Assembly: GCA_017461985.1 (NCBI GenBank)
Contig: JAFTSA010000001.1
Coordinates: forward strand, 301-64,300
DNA length: 64,000 nt
Source of the DNA: Clostridia bacterium
GTDB taxonomy: Bacteria > Bacillota > Clostridia > Christensenellales > CAG-917
Reading direction: 5' to 3'
Shown: in pieces, positions 8,734 through 18,228 of the stretch
How the letters are laid out: each line of letters opens with the position of its first letter
Position numbering within the stretch: the first letter of the stretch is position 1
Position numbers and translations under genes: made by a program
The notes under the pieces: generated by a model
The model's input: the letters and a program-made list of their open reading frames with translations, nothing else
Database searches by the model: none
What the model was told of the DNA's origin: nothing

Positions 8734-9470
8734 TAAATCTATGCAACAACAAAAAAAGCATACGAATTAGCGTAGACGCTTTGAACTAACAAAGAACGGC
8801 GGTGGGCTTCGGCTCACCGCTTGTTATGTTTAATTTGAAAAAAGTAAAACGAAAGATGTGGAAATTGATGGCACTAGCTTGATAAAAATTTAAACTCTCA
8901 AAATGAAAGTTAGGCGTGCGCTTGGATATATACAAGTAGATAATGACCGTGAACAAATAATACGTAAAGTGTCTACCGAAACACACGAAACAACTAGACT
9001 CTTTAAGGGTGGCACTGTAAAAACTAAATACTATAACTACGATATTTACGTCGTTATATAATAAAAGAGCATAACTCGCTTTTATGAATTATGCTCAATT
9101 ATCTAAACTTGTTATGCTAGTTTCAATTTCTTGCGACTAAAGCCAATTTATGTTATCTAAAATGTAAAATTTACAAAACATTACACATGGCGACAAAGAA
9201 ATATACTTTGTATATTAAAGTTGAATCGTTTAGCTCTTCGAATCTTACGCCAGGAACCGCCGAATTATTGGCGGTTTTATTTTTATGCTTTTTGGCGGTT
9301 TTTGCAGATATTAGACGCGTGGCGGTTTTTGTCTTTTTGTCTGAAATCAAAAAACAATAAAAATAAAATTGCATAAAAAAAAATCAAGCGCAAAAACGAT
9401 TTTGAAAACATATTGTGTTTGCGACCAAATTATGGTAAAATGTATGCAGAAATCAACAGGGAAGGTCATT

Positions 9471-10500
9471 ATGAGAGCAACATTGAAATTTTTGAGTGAA
9501 CAAAGTGGTTTGTCAATAGCTGCCATTTCTCTTATTCTCAATGACAAGCCTGTGCGAGTTTCGCCCGAAAAAAAGATTCTTGTCAAAAATTTGGCAAAAC
9601 AATACAACTATAAGCCAAATATGACGGCAGTTGCTTTGGTGACAAAAAAGACAAAGACGATTGGTTTGATTTTGCCAGACATAGTTAATCCGTTTTTTGC
9701 TGTTGTTGCAAGTGAAATTAATCAAAAATTTCACGAGGCAGGATACAACATTATTTTGTGCAACACCAACAACGACATCGATCTTGAGAATAAATATGCA
9801 GGTATGTTAGAAGAGAAGCAGCTTGAAGCGCTCATAATTTGTGCTTCAGACGAAAATCATCAATGCGACCTTAGTGGGTTCTATGATCAAAACATACCAG
9901 TCATTTTTTTTTGATAGATACTACGCAGATTCCAACTACATAGTGTCTATTGACAACACTGAAGGGGCGCGTCAGGCAGTCAAATATCTTATAGAAAATG
10001 GTCATCAAAACATAGCAATGATCACCGGCCCACTTAGTTATCGATCTGCAAGAACGCGTATTGATGGTTATAAGGAAGCCCTCGTAGAGGCGGGATTGCA
10101 GGTCAACGAAGACTATATCGTTGTAGGGGATTACACTTTCGACGGAGGCCAAAGGGCGGCGAAAATAATCGGCGAGTTTGATGAAGTGACTGCCGTGTTT
10201 GCAAGCAACGACCTTATGGCATACGGAGCAATGAAGGAATTTTCTGACAGCGGCAAAAATGTGCCAAATGATATTTCCATCGTCGGTTTTGACGATCTTA
10301 ATTTTTCACAAATGTTGCGCACACCCTTGACTTCTGTCAAACAAAATTTGAAAGAACTAGCAGAAAACGTTTTTGGTTTAACGATGCGCGCAATAAATGG
10401 TTACGTCGCGCCTACGCACAAGGTCGTTGCGACCAACCTGATAGAGCGTGACAGCGTAGTCAACCGAGAAAGCGTTCACAATATTTCAGCAGTTAAATAG
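9471..10500 (+). pseudogene. LacI-family transcriptional regulator interrupted by a +1 frameshift in a T9 homopolymer
   Basis: The N-terminal HTH (ATLKFLSEQSGLSIAAISLILND) and first sugar-binding lobe are in frame 3 (tracked ORF 9369..9914). The rest (DRYYADSNYIVSIDN..VGFDDLNFSQMLRTPLTSV) is in frame 1 (9841..10500). The switch is at T9, 9904-9912. Eight Ts would read PVIFFDRYY in one frame (~342 aa). Confidence 0.85.
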
Positions 10501-10547
10501 AATTGCAAACAGATCCGTTCAATAATTTGAGCGGATTTTTTTGGGTA

Positions 10548-10576
10548 TTGACAATGGTTTTGACTTGCAGTATAAT
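10548..10576 (+). promoter_or_regulatory. Consensus sigma-A promoter for the downstream transport/catabolic locus
   Basis: TTGACA (10548-10553), 17-nt spacer, TATAAT (10571-10576). Confidence 0.7.
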
Positions 10577-10648
10577 CAACGTGAGTAAAACCTTTTATCA
10601 ACGAGCAAACCTTTTTTGCGTAGGACGAAAAACTTATTTTTTTGGACT

Positions 10649-10664
10649 GGTAAAACGATTTATC
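10649..10664 (+). promoter_or_regulatory. Candidate LacI-family operator (CG-centred pseudo-palindrome)
   Basis: GGTAAAACGATTTATC. The half-sites match 6 of 8 positions around a central CG. It lies between the promoter and the TTG start at 10691. Confidence 0.4.
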
Positions 10665-10690
10665 AAACTTATAACAAGGGGGAGTCAAAA

Positions 10691-12154
10691 TTGAAAAAAT
10701 CTAAACTTTTCATTGCTACAATTGTTTTTGTTCTTTTGTTTTCGTTGACATTTGCACTTGTCGCTTGCGACGAAAAGGGCAACGATGAAGTGATAAACAA
10801 TGACAACGATACAACACCAGACGCACCACAATACACGGCTTCTGTCACTTATACGGGGAGTGGTTTGATTATCATGCCCGGCAAGGATAGACCCAGCTAT
10901 ACTGCGACTGTCCGTGGCGTTATCGTTGATGAAACAAGCGGGGAGCCCCTCATTTCACAATTGAAAATTTGGGATAAAGCAGAAAACTTGATTTATCGTA
11001 CGGTCACTGACTATCTTGGTAGATATGAACTTGTTCTCCCTGACGGTAGCTACGATATTGAATTTAGCCATGGTAGTGAATATGAAATTGAAGTGCTCCG
11101 TGATTACGTGGTGTACACAAACGGTTATTTTAAACTGCCCGACATTTCTTTGAAACGCCTGTATTCATTGCCCAACTGGTATGCAGGAGATCTCCACCAA
11201 CATAGTACGTACAGTGATGGAAAGGATTTGCCTAGCGAAGTCCTCAAATCAAATATTGCAGTGGGCATGTCATACGGAATTTTGTCAGACCACAACAGCG
11301 TCTATCAAGTGGTTGAGTGGCTTGCCGGAAACAGAATTTATATTGGTGAAGGCAGGAATTTCTTGGCAATTCAAGGCTGGGAAGTGACCACGTCCAGAGG
11401 ACACTATCAAGCAATCAATAGCAGAGAAATTTTCAATGCAACCGCATGGTCGGCAAGTGATATTTTGCGTATTGCCAATGATATTCGTCTGCAACCGAAT
11501 ACAATTGCTCAGATTAATCACCCCGGCCGTACCGATGATATGGGATTCATTGATTGGAATCTGGCAGGACGCTTTGACACTATTGAAGTGTGGAATGGCG
11601 TTTACGCTCCTCCTTATCTTAGTGGTACAAATAAGTCCAGTTATGAGAAATGGGTTGAACTTATGAACAAGGGAACAAGACTTGCAATCGTTGGCGGAAC
11701 GGATAACCACGGTGTCAACGGCACGCCTTATGCTCCTGATTCAAATGAACTCGAATGGATCAAGCGCAATACGTATTCCGGCTGTCCCAGAACCTACGTT
11801 TATACGGAAGACTATTCGTTGGATGGAGTCTTATCTGCGATTAAACAAGGAAACTCATTTATTACAAACGGGCCTTTGGTGTTTGCAAATCTCAACGGCA
11901 AGAGTTATGGCGAAACAGTAACGCTTGAAGAGAACATGCTTCTCAACTTTGACCTCAAGTCAAATGAAGCGTTGAAACAACTTAAGATTTATGTCAATGG
12001 CAAGCTTGTCAAGACAATAGACATTGCTGACGGAGCATTTACGTACGAAGGTACGCTTGAACTTGAAAACCTAAAATCTGGTGACTGGATTAACTTGCAA
12101 CTAAGTGGTGATTTTGCCGGATTTGCAGTGACCAACGCAATATTTATCGAATAA
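10691..12154 (+). CDS. Secreted lipoprotein with a CarboxypepD_reg-like domain and a PHP-type (CehA/McbA-like) metal-dependent phosphoesterase domain
   Basis: TTG start 6 nt after AAGGGGGAG. Lipobox FALVACDE. GRYELVLPDGSYDIEF is a beta-sandwich signature. PHP motifs GDLHQHSTYSDG, ILSDHNS, INHPGR and GGTDNHG. Confidence 0.75.
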   Translation: MKKSKLFIATIVFVLLFSLTFALVACDEKGNDEVINNDNDTTPDAPQYTASVTYTGSGLIIMPGKDRPSYTATVRGVIVDETSGEPLISQLKIWDKAENLIYRTVTDYLGRYELVLPDGSYDIEFSHGSEYEIEVLRDYVVYTNGYFKLPDISLKRLYSLPNWYAGDLHQHSTYSDGKDLPSEVLKSNIAVGMSYGILSDHNSVYQVVEWLAGNRIYIGEGRNFLAIQGWEVTTSRGHYQAINSREIFNATAWSASDILRIANDIRLQPNTIAQINHPGRTDDMGFIDWNLAGRFDTIEVWNGVYAPPYLSGTNKSSYEKWVELMNKGTRLAIVGGTDNHGVNGTPYAPDSNELEWIKRNTYSGCPRTYVYTEDYSLDGVLSAIKQGNSFITNGPLVFANLNGKSYGETVTLEENMLLNFDLKSNEALKQLKIYVNGKLVKTIDIADGAFTYEGTLELENLKSGDWINLQLSGDFAGFAVTNAIFIE

Positions 12155-12191
12155 AAAAACGATAATAAATTATACAACCCGGAGGTAAATT

Positions 12192-13085
12192 ATGAAAAAA
12201 ACAGCACTCTTATTGATCGTGATTTTGGCAGTTATGTGCGTCTTTGTAGCATGCGATGAGCCCAACCAACCCGATGGCCCTGCCGCACCTGGCGCAGATA
12301 TCGTGATCAACGACGTCAAAACAATGACAGCGGGAATCACCGCAGTGTATCAAAACGAGAACGGTGATTTTATTGCAACTCACCACTCAAAGTTTACGGT
12401 CATCGACGACGATTTCACCGTCAATGAACTTGTTCAACTTTTCTTTGACAAATCTTATGGCGTGACAGCGCTTGACCCCGACAGCAACGGCTCAACCGAT
12501 GAACTCTTCCTGTCCTACGGCGCATGGCCTGATATTACAGATATTTCTCTTCCTAATACAGGCGAAATGCAATGGGTTGTTCGCGACAGCGCATATCAAC
12601 TTGTTTCTGACACAACAGCATCAGTTGTCGACAATGCAGAATACTACTACAGCTACGAAAGCATCGACAACCCCGTGCCTTTCACTGCAAGCGATCTTTC
12701 AGCAGTTGCACCCGATGATGACAAGCCTTATTTCTACATAAACACAACTAGTGCAAAAACCGTAAAAATCACCATCAGCGCAGAAAAATCTGATAAGTCA
12801 ATTGCAACGTTGTTCAGTGGAACAGTTCAAATCACCGATGACGATTTGACAGTTGAAGAAGTCATCAAGAAAGTCTGCGACGAGAGAGGTATTCTTTACA
12901 GCATAAGCGGTGGATTCATCAACTCAATCGGCGAGTACGCAAACGACTTTGGTTCAGCATATGCATGGTGGTCAAGCGGATTTATGGTCAACGGAGAAGA
13001 ATATGTCAACTATGCAGGAGTCAACGAAGTGTTTGTCGGTGACGGAGCAGAGATTTACGTAAATTACAGATACGGCACATTCTAA
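12192..13085 (+). CDS. Lipoprotein with a DUF4430-like (transcobalamin-beta-like) C-terminal domain
   Basis: GGAGG RBS. Lipobox VFVACDE. The C-terminus LTVEEVIKKVCDERGILYSISGGFINSIGEY..WWSSGFMVNGEEYVNYAGVNEVFVGDGAEIYVNYRY fits the DUF4430 pattern as I recall it. Confidence 0.6.
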   Translation: MKKTALLLIVILAVMCVFVACDEPNQPDGPAAPGADIVINDVKTMTAGITAVYQNENGDFIATHHSKFTVIDDDFTVNELVQLFFDKSYGVTALDPDSNGSTDELFLSYGAWPDITDISLPNTGEMQWVVRDSAYQLVSDTTASVVDNAEYYYSYESIDNPVPFTASDLSAVAPDDDKPYFYINTTSAKTVKITISAEKSDKSIATLFSGTVQITDDDLTVEEVIKKVCDERGILYSISGGFINSIGEYANDFGSAYAWWSSGFMVNGEEYVNYAGVNEVFVGDGAEIYVNYRYGTF

Positions 13086-13172
13086 ACTAAAACTTGACTG
13101 TAATAAGCAAAAAAACACACAATCACGTCCATTGCCGACGACGGCATGGATGTGATTGATATGGAGAAAGAT

Positions 13173-14336
13173 ATGAAGAAGACCAAAATTTTATCTATAT
13201 TGTTGGTGCTTTGCATTATTTGTTCATGCATATTTGCACTGACAGCATGTTCTGATGAAGAGGAAGGAAAAGAATTTGACCCTACATCAGCAAAAATCGC
13301 ATTGCTTGTTAATGGGACACTTGGTGATAAATCATTCTTCGATTCAGCCAACGAGGGTCTAAAACAAATCAAGGCTGCATATCCCAACACAACCGTTAAG
13401 GCCATTGAAATGGGCAACGATAGCACAAAATATCGTAGTTTCGTGGATGATGCTTGCGAAGAATATGACATCATCATTATGGGAACGTGGCAAATGTACA
13501 ATCATATGTCATATGCGACTGTCGAATATCCTGACAAAAAATTTATCCTGTTTGATTATGCAGGCGATTTCTCTGATGGAAAAGGCGCAAACAACCTTTA
13601 TTCAATTGAATTTAAACAAAATCAAGTCGCATTCCTTGGCGGAGTTTTGGCAGCGCAAATCGTTGGCGATTCAAGTCTTGCTCTTTCAAACGGTTCAAAG
13701 CAAATTGGCTTTGTAGGTGGCGCTGACTCCCCGATTATCAAAGACTTCCTCGTAGGATTTATTGAAGGTGTCCATTATGCCGACCCTGACTTTGACCCTA
13801 CCAAGGCTGCAAACGATCCTGCAAATGCAAACAAAATAAAGGTGCAAAGCAGTTTTATAGGAACGTTCCTTGATCCTACAAGAGCAAAAGACCAAGCAAA
13901 CATCCTGTACGACATGGGATGTGACCTTGTTTTTGCTGCTGCATCACAAGCAGGACTCGGCGCGCTGGAAGCTGCTGTTGAAAACAACAAATATTATCTT
14001 GCTTGCGACTCAGATCAGATCAGACTTTTTGCAGATCAACCTGCAAAACAACGTCATATCGTGGCAAGTGTTCTCAAAAAGGTTGACGTTGCAATTTTCC
14101 GTGCTTTTGAAAAGATTGTCAATGGCGAAATGGAGTGGGGCACAAACGAAAGAGTTGGATTTGAAGAGGATTGCATCGGTTTCATCGGATACAACGCAGA
14201 CATTCCTCAAAGAATGATTGACGCTGTTGAAGAAGCAGAAGCAAAGCTTAGAGCAGGTCAAATTACAGTGACATCTGCAGTGGGAAGCAATGCGGATATG
14301 TCCATTGTTGACGGCATAATTTATTCTGCAAAATAG
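13173..14336 (+). CDS. BMP-family (PnrA/Med-like) ABC substrate-binding lipoprotein, nucleoside/riboside type
   Basis: ATG 13173 after GGAGAAAG. Lipobox FALTACSD. BMP-like segments IALLVNGTLGDKSFFDSA, IGFVGGADSPIIKDFLVGFIEG and ACDSDQ. Confidence 0.8.
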   Translation: MKKTKILSILLVLCIICSCIFALTACSDEEEGKEFDPTSAKIALLVNGTLGDKSFFDSANEGLKQIKAAYPNTTVKAIEMGNDSTKYRSFVDDACEEYDIIIMGTWQMYNHMSYATVEYPDKKFILFDYAGDFSDGKGANNLYSIEFKQNQVAFLGGVLAAQIVGDSSLALSNGSKQIGFVGGADSPIIKDFLVGFIEGVHYADPDFDPTKAANDPANANKIKVQSSFIGTFLDPTRAKDQANILYDMGCDLVFAAASQAGLGALEAAVENNKYYLACDSDQIRLFADQPAKQRHIVASVLKKVDVAIFRAFEKIVNGEMEWGTNERVGFEEDCIGFIGYNADIPQRMIDAVEEAEAKLRAGQITVTSAVGSNADMSIVDGIIYSAK

Positions 14337-14349
14337 CATTTATCAAAAT

Positions 14350-14380
14350 GACAGTGCCACAACTTTGATGTGGCACTGTC
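14350..14380 (+). other. Perfect 12-bp stem-loop directly after the binding-protein gene (intra-operon RNA element)
   Basis: gacagtgccaca-actttga-tgtggcactgtc. No T-run follows. Confidence 0.6.
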
Positions 14381-14560
14381 GTTCGATTGCCTTGTTGTTG
14401 AAAAGCAGAGCGAATGAAAATATATGAGTTGCAGTGCCTTGTCAACGAGGTTTGACAAAGCGTCGTTTAGAAGTGTTTTTGACGCAGTGCTTGAGCACAA
14501 CGGGTTATATCAGTCCGACGAAAGCCTTTCAGAGTTGAAGGCTTCGTCAGGGGGATAAAA

Positions 14561-16102
14561 ATGGACAACGTATTACAACTGGTAGGCATCGGAAGAGTTT
14601 ATGGCAATGGCATAGTTGCAAACCGTGACATCAATATCGAAGTTCGACGAGGAGAAATCCACGCAATTGTCGGCGAAAACGGCGCTGGAAAGTCCACTTT
14701 GATGGAGATAATTTACGGTATGGAGAAGCCGGATTCCGGACAGATGTTTGTCTACGGAAAGGAAGTCAATTTCTCATCTTCAATGGATGCCATTAAAATG
14801 AACATCGGCATGGTTCATCAACACTTTATGTTGGTGAATTCTTTGACGGTCGGAGAAAATCTTATCCTAAATACCCCAAAAAATACAATTATCAACAAGA
14901 GAAAAATTGCACAATTAACACAGGAATTGTGTGAAAAATATGGTTTCAATCTTGATGGTAATGCGGTTGTGAAAAACTTGTCCGTTGGCAATCAACAACA
15001 ACTTGAAATCTTAAAAGCACTATATAGGGGTGCGCAAATACTTATACTTGATGAGCCTACTGCCGTTCTTACTCCTCAAGAAACGGAGAAGCTCTTTGAG
15101 CAATTGAAAAATCTTAAAGAGAAAGGCCATACAATTTTGTTTATTTCTCACAAACTCAATGAAATAGTCGGCATATCTGACAGAATTTCTATACTTCGTC
15201 AGGGCACTATAGTTGACACATTTGAAACATCCACCGTTGACGTGTCACAACTTTCAAACCTCATAGTAGGAAGAGAGTTTAGCGAAAAGATTGAAAAGCC
15301 TGAAATAGAGCGAGGAGACGTGGTTTTGAGGGTTGACGGACTTTCATACGCCAATTCTCCCGTCAAGAAATTGCTTGACGACGTCAGTTTCACTGTGTCT
15401 AAAGGTGAAATCGTGGGATTGTGCGGTGTTGAGGGCAATGGACAAAGAGAACTCATACAAGCAATTACTGGCGCAATAAAAAATTACAGCGGAACGATTG
15501 AACTGTGTGGCGCGTCAGTCAAAGGCATAAGCAGAAAAAAATTGCGTGAAAGGGGTGTTGCTCACGTCCCCGAAGACAGAATTGCTGAAGGTTTGAGCAA
15601 AGATTCATCTATTGCGGATAACCTCATTTCTACGCTGTATATAAACGGGAAGTTTATTAAGCACAAGTTTTTCCTTGATAGAAAGACGATCAAAGAGTTT
15701 TCAGATGAGCAGATAGCAAAATATGAAATAAAAGCCAACGATTCCAACGACATTGTCGGCATGCTTTCCGGCGGAAACATGCAGAAAGTGGTTGTAGCCA
15801 GAGAATTTGAAGATGATCCTGTCTTTGCAGTCATTGATCAACCTACAAGAGGCGTTGACATCGGGGCGTCAAAAATTATTCGCGACAAAATAGTGGAGCT
15901 ACGTTGCAATGGATGCGCCGTGTTGCTCAATTCAGCAGATTTGTCAGAACTGTTGAATATCAGTGATAGAGTGCTGGTATTTTATAGCGGAAAAATAGTG
16001 GCAGACTTTGAAAATCTGACCGAAATAGACGAAGAGACGCTGGGCAGATATATGCTCGGACTTGACGATATGTTCAGAGATGAAAAAGATGGGCAAGAAT
16101 AA
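14561..16102 (+). CDS. Tandem-domain ABC ATPase (ribose/nucleoside importer type)
   Basis: Walker A GENGAGKST, signature LSVGNQQQ, Walker B ILILDEP. The second half has LSGGNMQK. Confidence 0.9.
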   Translation: MDNVLQLVGIGRVYGNGIVANRDINIEVRRGEIHAIVGENGAGKSTLMEIIYGMEKPDSGQMFVYGKEVNFSSSMDAIKMNIGMVHQHFMLVNSLTVGENLILNTPKNTIINKRKIAQLTQELCEKYGFNLDGNAVVKNLSVGNQQQLEILKALYRGAQILILDEPTAVLTPQETEKLFEQLKNLKEKGHTILFISHKLNEIVGISDRISILRQGTIVDTFETSTVDVSQLSNLIVGREFSEKIEKPEIERGDVVLRVDGLSYANSPVKKLLDDVSFTVSKGEIVGLCGVEGNGQRELIQAITGAIKNYSGTIELCGASVKGISRKKLRERGVAHVPEDRIAEGLSKDSSIADNLISTLYINGKFIKHKFFLDRKTIKEFSDEQIAKYEIKANDSNDIVGMLSGGNMQKVVVAREFEDDPVFAVIDQPTRGVDIGASKIIRDKIVELRCNGCAVLLNSADLSELLNISDRVLVFYSGKIVADFENLTEIDEETLGRYMLGLDDMFRDEKDGQE

Positions 16103-17231
16103 TTTCAAAATAATGTTGACAAATATGCGCGCTAAACTTCAGGCAAAACAAGCGTCAAAAAGCATATCAAAACGGGTTGAGTCAATAAGGATTCAAACCG
16201 AGTTGTTGCGCACCCTTGTGGCCGTTGTCATAGCCTTTGCCGTGGCGCTTATAATCATATTGTGCGTTAGCAAACAGCCTATGGAAGCGTTCAAATATCT
16301 TGTAATCGGGCCACTTATGAAACCAAGATATTTTAATCAGGTGCTAGTGCAGATGGTTCCTCTTGCGCTTACGGGCCTTGCTCTTGCAATTATGTTGAAG
16401 GCCGGACAATTTAATTTGGCTACGGAAGGATCATTTATTCTTGGTGGCGTGCTGGCGGCATTTTTTGCAATAAAAGTTGCGTTGCCTATGGGGATACACC
16501 CGATTTTGGCCATTATTTTCGGCATTATCGGAGGTGCGTTTATTTGTGTTGTTCCAGCGATATTGAAACTTTCTTTTGGCATATCCGAGATGGTCGTTTC
16601 TTTGATGATGAACTATATTGCTCTGCGTATAGGCAACACCATCATTAGAGGAGCGTTGCTGGATGAATCTGCAGGGATTCTTACCACAGAACAATTTCAC
16701 GAGACTGCGCAAATGCACACAATCCCAGTTGGCGAACTGGAAATTCAAGTGGCGCTAATCATTATGGTGATTGTAGTGGTAGGCTTTTATGTGTATTTAA
16801 GCAAGACACGCAGTGGATACGCCTTACAACTCAGCGGATTAAATGGAAAATTTTTGGCATTTTCAGGCATAGGCGCAAGTGGGTTGATCCTTGCTTCACA
16901 AATTATGGGTGGAGCAGTCGCCGGTGGCGCTGGCGCTATGTACACGCTCAGCAACCTTGAAAGATATGATCTTGTCAACACCTTCCCAAATAAAGGTTTT
17001 GACGGCATGATTGTCACAATACTTGCCCGCAACAATCCTCTTCTTGTGCCGATTGCAGCGTTTTTTCTTGCGTACGTAAGAGAGGGCGCAGAGATTATGT
17101 CAAGGCACACGGACGTTTCTGTGGAAATTATGTCTATTATACAAGGCGTAATAATTATCTTTGTGGCAGGTCAAGCATTATTCTCCAAGATGCAAAACAA
17201 ACGCATAATCAAGGAGGTCGCAAATGGATGA
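16089..17231 (+). CDS. ABC transporter permease (BPD_transp_2 type)
   Basis: Multi-span hydrophobic protein. ATG 16089 overlaps the ATPase stop. The tracked ORF starts at 16062. Confidence 0.8.
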   Translation: MGKNNFKIMLTNMRAKLQAKQASKSISKRVESIRIQTELLRTLVAVVIAFAVALIIILCVSKQPMEAFKYLVIGPLMKPRYFNQVLVQMVPLALTGLALAIMLKAGQFNLATEGSFILGGVLAAFFAIKVALPMGIHPILAIIFGIIGGAFICVVPAILKLSFGISEMVVSLMMNYIALRIGNTIIRGALLDESAGILTTEQFHETAQMHTIPVGELEIQVALIIMVIVVVGFYVYLSKTRSGYALQLSGLNGKFLAFSGIGASGLILASQIMGGAVAGGAGAMYTLSNLERYDLVNTFPNKGFDGMIVTILARNNPLLVPIAAFFLAYVREGAEIMSRHTDVSVEIMSIIQGVIIIFVAGQALFSKMQNKRIIKEVANG

Positions 17232-18228
17232 TTTTTTCAACATAATTTTTTCAAATGAATTTTTAGTTTCAATTTTGCGTTTGTCGACCCCGATATTGTT
17301 TGCTGCGTTAGGCGCGCTGATATCAAACAAAGCAGGCGTTGTCAACATCGGTTTGGAAGGAATAATGCTGTTTGCTGCGTTATTTGGTGTGTTGGGTTGC
17401 TCGTGGACGGGAAATTTGTTCGCAGGGGGATTGATAGGCGTTTTAATAGGCGCGTTTGTAAGCGCGTTGCTTGCGTTTTCAACCTTGTACTTAAAGTCTG
17501 ACACGATACTCACCGGCGTAGTCATAAACTTGGTCGGCGCAGGAGGCACAATATTCTTCCTTGAGGTTTTCACGGGGGATAAAAACGTGTCCACCTCTAT
17601 TGTAAGCGAAGTTTTCCCTACTCTTGAAATTGAGGCTATCAAAGACGTACCATTTATTGGGGGGCTACTCAGTGGGCACAACGTGCTGACGTGGGTTGCT
17701 ATTGCTCTTGCAATACTGTTGTGGTTTGTTGTCAACAAGACGCATTTTGGAATTAAACTTAAAGCAGTTGGAGAAAATCCCGTCGCAGCAAGCAGTTTGG
17801 GAATTCCCGTCAAAAATTATAGATTTATTGCGATTGTGCTGAGTGGCGTTTTAGCCTCTGTAGGCGGAATATTCTTGTCTATGGGATATGTTTCTTTCTT
17901 CGCATCGAATATGACTGCGGGAAGGGGATTTATTGCGTTGGCAGCAGAAGCTATGGCAATGGGAAATCCCCTATTCACGTTGCTGAGTAGTCTGCTATTT
18001 GGATTTATGTCAGCGCTTGCGATTGCATTTGGTTCAAGTGGCTTTATGGCCATATTTAATGAAATATTTGAAATGATGCCTTACGTGGCAACCATTGTTG
18101 CTTTGATCGTGTATGCAGTTATTGCCAAACAAAAAAACAAAATGAAAGAGGTAAAAAATGGAAAAAGCTTGGGAAAGGGAATACAAAATGATGTGCGACG
18201 CCGTCCCTCAGGTATTAGAAGAAGATGA
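17224..18228 (+). CDS. ABC transporter permease (second subunit)
   Basis: AGGAGG RBS. Multi-span hydrophobic protein overlapping the previous stop. The basic C-terminal tail runs 71 nt into the next gene. Confidence 0.8.
   Translation: MDDFFNIIFSNEFLVSILRLSTPILFAALGALISNKAGVVNIGLEGIMLFAALFGVLGCSWTGNLFAGGLIGVLIGAFVSALLAFSTLYLKSDTILTGVVINLVGAGGTIFFLEVFTGDKNVSTSIVSEVFPTLEIEAIKDVPFIGGLLSGHNVLTWVAIALAILLWFVVNKTHFGIKLKAVGENPVAASSLGIPVKNYRFIAIVLSGVLASVGGIFLSMGYVSFFASNMTAGRGFIALAAEAMAMGNPLFTLLSSLLFGFMSALAIAFGSSGFMAIFNEIFEMMPYVATIVALIVYAVIAKQKNKMKEVKNGKSLGKGIQNDVRRRPSGIRRR

Noticed and set aside
8903-9061. A 52-codon ORF whose N-terminus (MKVRRALGYIQVDNDREQ) faintly recalls the serine-recombinase start (..GY.RVS..EQ). 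If real, it would hint at a mobile-element remnant at the compositional boundary.
   Set aside because: The catalytic Ser position is not conserved, there is no RBS, and the ORF is only a fraction of a recombinase. The resemblance is too weak to call without a profile search.
9187-9360. A 57-codon plus-strand ORF (MATKKYTLYIKVESF..LAVLFLCFLAVFADIRRVAVFVFL) covering the GGCGGTTTT repeats.
   Set aside because: It has no Shine-Dalgarno. Its hydrophobic tail is simply the translation of the T-rich repeat and terminator sequence, and a terminator hairpin sits in the middle of the ORF.
18158-18228. A 71-nt overlap between the second permease gene and the ADP-ribosylglycohydrolase-family gene.
   Set aside because: The overlap is unusually long. 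The simplest explanation is a non-essential basic C-terminal tail on the permease, or a later true start for the downstream gene (for example ATG 18185). I see no evidence for a programmed event.
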